Assembly (NCBI GenBank): GCA_002361175.1
Contig: DESG01000035.1
Coordinates: forward strand, 3,275 to 67,274
Direction: 5' to 3'
From: Lachnoclostridium sp. UBA3320
GTDB taxonomy: Bacteria; Bacillota; Clostridia; Lachnospirales; Lachnospiraceae
Length of the DNA stretch: 64,000 nt
Within the stretch, counting starts at the first letter, position 1. Each line of letters begins with the position of its first letter. The notes under the pieces are model-generated. The model was not told the DNA's origin, ran no database searches, and saw only the letters and a list, made by a program, of their open reading frames with translations. The translations under genes and the position numbers were made by a program. This document shows, in pieces, positions 59,020-64,000 of this stretch.

Positions 59020-60531
59020 ATGCGTGGAATAAATACACAGACAAAAAAAATCAGGAAACAAGTATTTGAAGAAGTTGCACGTGTTGCTTATGAATGCGAT
59101 GACAATGTCAGTATAAGCCATGAGCTTGAAGAAATACCATATAAAATAACACCATCTGATGTACCAGTATATCGTGAAAGTATCTGGAGAGAAAGAGCTA
59201 TCGCATCTGAAAGAGTGCGCCTCGCCATGGGGCTTTCACTGCGTCCACTTGACAGACCTGTCCACCTTACCGAAGGATTTAAAGACAGCAATATTACTGA
59301 AAAATATTATGAACCGCCTCTTATGCAGGTTATACCTTCAGCTTGTGATATGTGTGAAGATAATAAAGTTAAAGTTTCCAATATGTGCCATGGCTGCGTT
59401 GCTCATCCATGTATGGAAATTTGTCCTAAAGCTGCAATATCTATGGTAAACGGCAAAGCATTTATCGACCAAGATAAGTGTATAAAATGTGGTAAATGTA
59501 TTAATATATGTCCTTATCATGCTATTATAAAAAGTATAAGACCATGTAAAGAAGCGTGTGGGGTTGATGCGGTTGAAAGTGATAAACAAGGACGTGCAAA
59601 AATCAATGAGAATAAATGCGTATCATGCGGACAGTGCATGGCAAGCTGCCCATTTGGAGCTATCGCTGACAAGTCACAGATATTTCAGATGATACGTGCA
59701 ATACGCCAAGGAGGTAAAGTTATAGCAGAAATTGCTCCTGCTTTTGAAGGACAGTTCGGCTTAGATATTACACCAGCTCAAATTAAAGCAGCACTACAAG
59801 ATTGTGGTTTTAGTGATGTTTATGAAGTTGCACTAGGAGCTGATATCGGTGCTGTTTCAGAAGCACACCACTATGTCAAAGAAGTTGTAAATGGAGACCT
59901 TCCATTTTTGCTTACTTCATGTTGTCCTGCATGGTCAATGCTTGCAAAGAAGTATTTTCCAGAAACTATTAACAGTATTTCACAAGAGCTTACACCAATG
60001 GTTGCAACAGCAAGAAGTATAAAAAAGAAACACCCTGACGCTAAAGTAGTATTTATAGGACCATGTGCAGCTAAAAAGCTTGAAGCGTCAAGGCGCACAG
60101 TAAGAAGTGACGTGGATTTTGTAATAACATTTGAAGAACTGGATGCAATTTTTAAAGCTAAAAACATCGACTTTAGTAAGTACAAAAAAGGACGTTCAAT
60201 GCACGATGCCACAGGCGCAGGACGTGGCTATGCTGTAGCTGGCGGGGTTGCACATGCCATAGAACAGTGCATTGATGAATATTACCCTGGGACAGATGTA
60301 AAAATCGAACACGCAGAAAGCTTAACTGAATGCAGGAAGATGCTTTTATTAGCAAAAGCTGGCAAAAAAGACGGCTGTATGATTGAAGGCATGGCTTGTC
60401 CTGGTGGATGCGTAGCAGGCGTTGGCACAATACTGCCTATCAACCGTGCTAAAGCGGCTGTTGCAAAGTCTGTTAAAGAATCAACAGAAAAAATTCCTCC
60501 ACAGGATTTACTTGAAATTAAGCTTGATTAA
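59020..60531 (+). CDS. [FeFe]-hydrogenase catalytic subunit with an N-terminal multi-[4Fe-4S] ferredoxin-like region
   Basis: H-cluster motifs in order: TSCCPAW, GPCAAKKLE, MACPGGCVAG. Several CxxCxxCxxxCP ferredoxin motifs lie upstream. AGGAGG RBS. Confidence 0.75.
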   Translation: MRGINTQTKKIRKQVFEEVARVAYECDDNVSISHELEEIPYKITPSDVPVYRESIWRERAIASERVRLAMGLSLRPLDRPVHLTEGFKDSNITEKYYEPPLMQVIPSACDMCEDNKVKVSNMCHGCVAHPCMEICPKAAISMVNGKAFIDQDKCIKCGKCINICPYHAIIKSIRPCKEACGVDAVESDKQGRAKINENKCVSCGQCMASCPFGAIADKSQIFQMIRAIRQGGKVIAEIAPAFEGQFGLDITPAQIKAALQDCGFSDVYEVALGADIGAVSEAHHYVKEVVNGDLPFLLTSCCPAWSMLAKKYFPETINSISQELTPMVATARSIKKKHPDAKVVFIGPCAAKKLEASRRTVRSDVDFVITFEELDAIFKAKNIDFSKYKKGRSMHDATGAGRGYAVAGGVAHAIEQCIDEYYPGTDVKIEHAESLTECRKMLLLAKAGKKDGCMIEGMACPGGCVAGVGTILPINRAKAAVAKSVKESTEKIPPQDLLEIKLD

Positions 60532-60601
60532 TTAAGAGAATGGCGTGCAAAAGCACGCTGTACATATTATATTAAAAACTTTAGAAAGGCATGGTATATT
60601 T

Positions 60602-61450
60602 ATGCTAGAAATATTAAAATCAATTCTATTTGGAATTGTGGAAGGCATTACAGAATGGCTTCCCATAAGCAGTACAGGGCATATGATACTTCTGGATGAA
60701 TTTGTGAAATTAGATGCATCAGAGGCATTTATGGAGATGTATCTTGTGGTTATACAGCTTGGTGCAATAATGGCAGTTGTGATATTATTCTGGAATCAAT
60801 TATGGCCTTTCTGTATACCAGACGCTAAAAATAAAACACAGTCACAGGGAATTATGCAGTATATTAAAAAAGACACATTTATAATGTGGTTTAAAATAGT
60901 GGTAGCATGTATTCCAGCAGTAATTATAGAACTTGCAGCAGGAGACTGGCTTGAAGAAAAGTTTTATAACTACCAAACTGTTGCAATCATGCTTATAGCT
61001 GTTGGTATATTGTTTATATTTATTGAAAATAGAAATAAAGAACACAGCGCAAAAATACATACAATATCGGAAATTACATATCAGACAGCTTTTTTAATAG
61101 GAGTGTTTCAGCTTGTGGCAGCCATCTTTCCAGGAACATCACGCTCTGGAGCAACTATTATAGGCGGGCTTATGCTAGGACTTACTAGAACAGTAGCAGC
61201 AGAATTTACATTTTATCTTGCAGTACCAGTAATGTTTGGCGCAAGCCTTATCAAAGTGCTTAAATTTGGTCTTTCGTTTACAGCATATGAGTTGTCACTG
61301 CTTATAATAGGAATGGTAGTGGCATTTGTAGTATCACTTATAGTAATCAAATTTCTTATGGGATATATTAAAAAACATGATTTTAAAGTGTTTGGCTGGT
61401 ATAGGATTATACTAGGAGTATTGGTGCTTGGGTATTTTATTGCGCTATAG
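60602..61450 (+). CDS. uppP: Undecaprenyl-diphosphate phosphatase
   Basis: [28 protein letters not shown]-terminus and the [10 protein letters not shown] motif. The upstream 19 codons of the track ORF are unsupported. Confidence 0.9.
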   Translation: MLEILKSILFGIVEGITEWLPISSTGHMILLDEFVKLDASEAFMEMYLVVIQLGAIMAVVILFWNQLWPFCIPDAKNKTQSQGIMQYIKKDTFIMWFKIVVACIPAVIIELAAGDWLEEKFYNYQTVAIMLIAVGILFIFIENRNKEHSAKIHTISEITYQTAFLIGVFQLVAAIFPGTSRSGATIIGGLMLGLTRTVAAEFTFYLAVPVMFGASLIKVLKFGLSFTAYELSLLIIGMVVAFVVSLIVIKFLMGYIKKHDFKVFGWYRIILGVLVLGYFIAL

Positions 61451-61555
61451 TATAATCAAATACTGGATTTTATAAAGAAGAATTGAATTAGCTTATTTTT
61501 CCTGCTTGAGATTCTAAATCCATCTGTATTATTGGAACAGGAGCACATAAAGTAT

Positions 61556-61589
61556 TATAATAGTTGTGGAATAGAAGTCCACAAAAAGA
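61556..61589 (+). repeat. 34-bp direct repeat, copy 1 (contains a 7-bp hairpin)
   Basis: TATAATAGTTGTGGAATAGAAGTCCACAAAAAGA is identical to 62489-62522. The internal stem is TTGTGGA-N7-TCCACAA. Confidence 0.9.
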
Positions 61590-61638
61590 AATTCAATGCT
61601 TGAAAACATATGAAATACTGTGATGTAGAGAACCGTTG

Positions 61639-61689
61639 TTACATTATCAAAATATAAATGTTGATAATGTAATACTAATATATTATAAT
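61639..61689 (+). promoter_or_regulatory. Promoter with a perfect 12-bp inverted-repeat operator for the dinJ-PIN operon
   Basis: TTACATTATCAA (61639-61650) and TTGATAATGTAA (61661-61672) are exact reverse complements with a 10-nt spacer. The right arm contains the -35 TTGATA, followed by a 17-nt spacer and TATAAT (61684-61689). Confidence 0.6.
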
Positions 61690-61713
61690 TGTATTACAAA
61701 GGAGGCGGTTATT

Positions 61714-61983
61714 ATGGCTAAAGAGGCTATATTACAAGTAAGGATGGATTCAGAATTAAAGGAACAGGCAGAATTATTGTATAAACAACTGGGGACATCT
61801 TTTGCGGAAGCAGTGAGAATATTTGCAAAGCAGAGTGTTGAAGAAAAAGCAATGCCTTTCACAATGCATTTGACATCATCTAACCCTAAAAGGACGTTGG
61901 GCATTGCGAATGGGCAGTATACTATTCCAGATGATATAGATGGAAGCAATGATAAAATATCAGAAATGTTTGGGGTAAAATAA
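61714..61983 (+). CDS. Type II antitoxin, RelB/DinJ family (ribbon-helix-helix)
   Basis: ATG at 61714 after AAAGGAGG. The N-terminus AILQVRMDSELKEQAELLYKQLGTSFAEAVRIFAKQ is typical of DinJ/RelB. The C-terminal tail is acidic. Confidence 0.8.
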   Translation: MAKEAILQVRMDSELKEQAELLYKQLGTSFAEAVRIFAKQSVEEKAMPFTMHLTSSNPKRTLGIANGQYTIPDDIDGSNDKISEMFGVK

Positions 61984-61985
61984 AT

Positions 61986-62390
61986 ATGAATATTTTATTG
62001 GATACTCATATCGCATTATGGGCTATTGCTGATACAGGCAAATTATCTGGAGAGGTTATAAAACTTCTTGAATCTAACGATAATGAAGTGTTTTATAGTG
62101 TAGCTTCTGTATGGGAAATTGCAATTAAACACAAAATTCGTCCAGAACAGATGCCTGTACCAGAGGAAGCATTTGTTGGATTGTGTCAAAAGACGGGGTT
62201 TATCCAGCTGCCCATAAAGAATGAACATATATTTTTAATAAAAACATTAGAAAGACCAGCAACTGCGCCAAAGCATAATGATCCATTTGACAGGATATTA
62301 CTGGCACAGGCAAAATATGAAAATTTAAAACTGGTTACACATGATTCGCTGCTCCCATATTATAGTGAAGACTGCATTATGTATGTGTGA
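61986..62390 (+). CDS. PIN-domain toxin (VapC-like)
   Basis: 134 aa. Acidic residues in PIN positions: LLDTH (D6), WEI (E44), DPFDR, THD. Starts 2 nt after the antitoxin stop. Confidence 0.8.
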   Translation: MNILLDTHIALWAIADTGKLSGEVIKLLESNDNEVFYSVASVWEIAIKHKIRPEQMPVPEEAFVGLCQKTGFIQLPIKNEHIFLIKTLERPATAPKHNDPFDRILLAQAKYENLKLVTHDSLLPYYSEDCIMYV

Positions 62391-62488
62391 GTAAAGCATA
62401 ACAGGTACACAGTCATTAAAGGCCATAACTTTTAGATAAAATTAATAAAAATTATCAGGGATGATTAAAATGGACTTAAACTTACAAA

Positions 62489-62522
62489 TATAATAGTTGT
62501 GGAATAGAAGTCCACAAAAAGA
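62489..62522 (+). repeat. 34-bp direct repeat, copy 2
   Basis: Identical to 61556-61589. The flanking sequence diverges immediately on both sides. Confidence 0.9.
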
Positions 62523-62557
62523 TACAAACCAGAAAAAAATAAAGGATTTTGTTAATG

Positions 62558-62595
62558 TAAGCCTGCTTGTGATACAGTAGTCACAGGCAGGCTTA
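62558..62595. terminator. 15-bp hairpin between the convergent PIN and hicB genes
   Basis: TAAGCCTGCTTGTGA (62558-62572) pairs with TCACAGGCAGGCTTA (62581-62595) with one G-U pair and an 8-nt loop. The U-tail is weak. Confidence 0.5.
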
Positions 62596-62632
62596 TTGCG
62601 CCTATTCTGTCCAATTTTCTGTCGTGTTTTGA

Positions 62633-62857
62633 TTATTTATAAGGTTGTTCAGGTTCAATATTTCTTTCTTTGCAGTCTGCCAGATAATCATCAATTACAT
62701 TTTTAAAATCCTGTTCCAGTTCCTGTACAGAGCTTCCTTCATAGGATAATAAAGACTTTATTCCTATAATTTTTCTAAAAAGACAGTTGTCTTTTCTGGA
62801 ATATTCAACTGTTCCATTATAATTCTTATATGATAATAAATTGCTCATATAAACCAT
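62633..62857 (-). pseudogene. HicB-family antitoxin, N-terminal domain only (DNA-binding C-terminus missing)
   Basis: The 74-aa ORF (…YKNYNGTVEYSRKDNCLFRKIIGIKSLLSYEGSSVQELEQDFKNVIDDYLADCKERNIEPEQPYK*) stops where full-length HicB proteins continue into an RHH/HTH domain. Confidence 0.55.
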
Positions 62858-63044
62858 TCTTTCTTAGTTTTTCTATAACCTGCTCTAATACATATCGTTT
62901 TAATATTCCATTTGGATGTGGTTTATGGAAATTTATCACTTCATATCCAAAATATGATAAAAGAGAGTAGTTCAGTTCCTTTAGTGATAAACAAGTATCG
63001 CAACTGGCATTATATCTAGATATTGCAATCTGTGTGATGCAGTT
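62829..63044 (-). pseudogene. HicA/YcfA-like toxin remnant (no start codon, internal deletion)
   Basis: The stop-to-stop frame translated by hand (…SLKELNYSLLSYFGYEVINFHKPHPNGILKRYVLEQVIEKLRKNGLYE…) has no ATG/GTG/TTG. The segment between GYEV and INFHKPHP that normally carries the catalytic His region is absent. Confidence 0.5.
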
Positions 63045-63136
63045 TTACTATTTGTTGTTTTATTATAATATATCATTTGAACAAAAAATATGTAACTGTT
63101 TTTAGTTGCAACTAATAATAATTTATTGTATTGCTT

Positions 63137-63534
63137 ATGAAAGAGGACACAAAAGTGGCAGAGATGGTACTTATTGCAGAACCAGACTTTGCGATTATCA
63201 TAGACACAGCAGGAAACAGCAAAAAATGTACAGAACGCACAGATGGCGAAACGCTTATGCTTCAGTAGCCAGCCAATGCAAAAATGGAGAAATCAGCCAT
63301 ATTGGAACTTATAAAGGATTTGAACTTCTGGTAGAAAAAAACTTTATCGGAATGAATAATATGGTACTGTGAGGAAAGACCGACTATAAAACAGAACTTT
63401 CTGCAAGTCCTGTGGGCAACATGGTAAAGTTAGAAAATCTCTGTTATGGTGTAGCTTCTGAAATACCAGAACTTGAAAAATGCATCGAACAGTACCAGCG
63501 TGATATGGAACAGTCAAAATTTGAGAAAGGATGA
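63137..63534 (+). pseudogene. C-terminal fragment of a large conjugative-element helicase/DNA-methylase-type protein, with a frameshift and an in-frame TGA
   Basis: The frame changes near 63266. The second frame reads …GTYKGFELLVEKNFIGMNNMVL*GKTDYKTELSASPVGNMVKLENLCYGVASEIPELEKCIEQYQRDMEQSKFEKG*, with a TGA at 63370-63372. The pattern resembles C-termini of large ICE-borne SNF2/methylase proteins (from memory, not searched). Confidence 0.45.
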
Positions 63535-63542
63535 TTATTTAT

Positions 63543-64000
63543 ATGTCATATGTTATTACAGAACAGATACTTGAAGATTACAAAGAATATTTAATAGAGG
63601 AAGAAAAAAGTAAAGCAACAATAGATAAGTATATATGCGATATCAGAAAATTGATGAATTATGCAAATGGACAGGAAATTACAAGAAAACTGATGCTTGA
63701 CTTTAAAGAAAATCTAAGAGTAGATAAAGGGTATAAATTATCCAGTATCAATTCATTTCTTATAGCAGCAAACAGACTATTTGATTATCTTGGCTGGTAT
63801 GGATTCAATGTAAAACTTTATCACATACAAAATGATGCTTTTGCACCTGAAAAAATTGATCTCTCAATACAAGAGTACAAAAAACTTGTAATGGTAGCAT
63901 GGTATAAAGGGAATAAAAGGCTTGCCATGATTATTCAAACATTGTGTTCCATGGGTCTTAGAATCAGCGAATTAAATTTCATGGAAGTAGAAAGCATAAA
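63543..64000 (+). CDS. Tyrosine-type site-specific recombinase/integrase (3' end cut by window edge)
   Basis: Not in the ORF track because there is no stop within the window. Translation MSYVITEQILEDYKEYLIEEEKSKATIDKYICDIRKL…SSINSFLIAANRLFDYL…LCSMGLRISEL shows the SAM-like N-domain and the first catalytic Arg motif. An alternative ATG at 63531 overlaps the preceding TGA. Confidence 0.75.
   Translation, partial: MSYVITEQILEDYKEYLIEEEKSKATIDKYICDIRKLMNYANGQEITRKLMLDFKENLRVDKGYKLSSINSFLIAANRLFDYLGWYGFNVKLYHIQNDAFAPEKIDLSIQEYKKLVMVAWYKGNKRLAMIIQTLCSMGLRISELNFMEVESI

Noticed and set aside
63106-63372. The 88-aa track ORF taken as an intact gene.
   Set aside because: Its first half is an out-of-frame read-through of AT-rich DNA starting at a TTG. 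Only its last ~30 codons make sense, and those continue past the TGA in the same frame. It is part of the pseudogene 63137-63534.
1-64000. Scan for CRISPR arrays, rRNA genes, intact IS elements with terminal inverted repeats, reverse transcriptase/retron or DGR components, and riboswitch-sized leaders.
   Set aside because: None found. All non-coding gaps over 200 nt (2398-2705, 31807-32538, 36333-36543, 51722-52091, 61451-61713, 62858-63542) are accounted for by promoters, gene fragments or the tRNA. This was a scan by eye, so short or degenerate elements could have been missed.

Overview
This is a low-GC Firmicutes/Clostridia chromosomal segment. Gene content suggests a motile, butyrate-producing Lachnospiraceae-like organism (inference). 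Coding is dense and mostly on the plus strand.

Layout:
- (1) 1-3.3 kb: the end of an FtsX-type ABC permease, an unknown 148-aa gene, and an intact phd antitoxin next to an internally deleted relE/parE toxin.
- (2) 3.5-31.2 kb: housekeeping backbone. It contains a methyltransferase, hslO, an SH3b-glucosaminidase with a cohesin-like partner, clpC-orf-radA-orf, cls, ruvAB, dapF, murE, and the conserved priA-def-fmt-rsmB-rlmN-stp-prkC-rsgA-thiN block.
- (3) 31.2-36.3 kb: a decayed/accessory patch. Fragments of a two-component system, an unknown gene, an XRE regulator and an Ig-like surface protein are followed by an Rpn-family nuclease, a metallophosphoesterase and a cysteine-rich membrane-anchored protein.
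- (4) 36.5-41.9 kb: a singleton tRNA-Glu(CUC), then a Bce-like RR/HK/ABC-ATPase/FtsX-permease module with phased direct repeats in its internal promoter.
- (5) 41.9-50.3 kb: a GH2 beta-mannosidase and two colinear paralogous chemoreceptor genes flanking an inverted blaI/blaR1-like pair.
- (6) 50.4-61.5 kb: a complete butyrate locus (but; thl-crt-hbd-bcd-etfB-etfA), a YdjM-like hydrolase, an [FeFe]-hydrogenase and uppP.
- (7) 61.5-64 kb: the edge of a mobile element. It holds a dinJ-PIN toxin-antitoxin cassette bracketed by perfect 34-bp direct repeats, decayed hicAB, a helicase/methylase fragment with an in-frame stop, and a tyrosine recombinase cut by the window edge.

I saw no rRNA, CRISPR array or intact IS element.

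I did not find an unambiguous new multi-gene system. The best candidates for follow-up are the repeat-bracketed TA cassette, the fragment graveyard beside the Rpn nuclease, the cysteine-rich protein/phosphoesterase neighbourhood, and the chemoreceptor-blaIR-chemoreceptor arrangement. All family calls come from motif recognition by eye; no database search was run.
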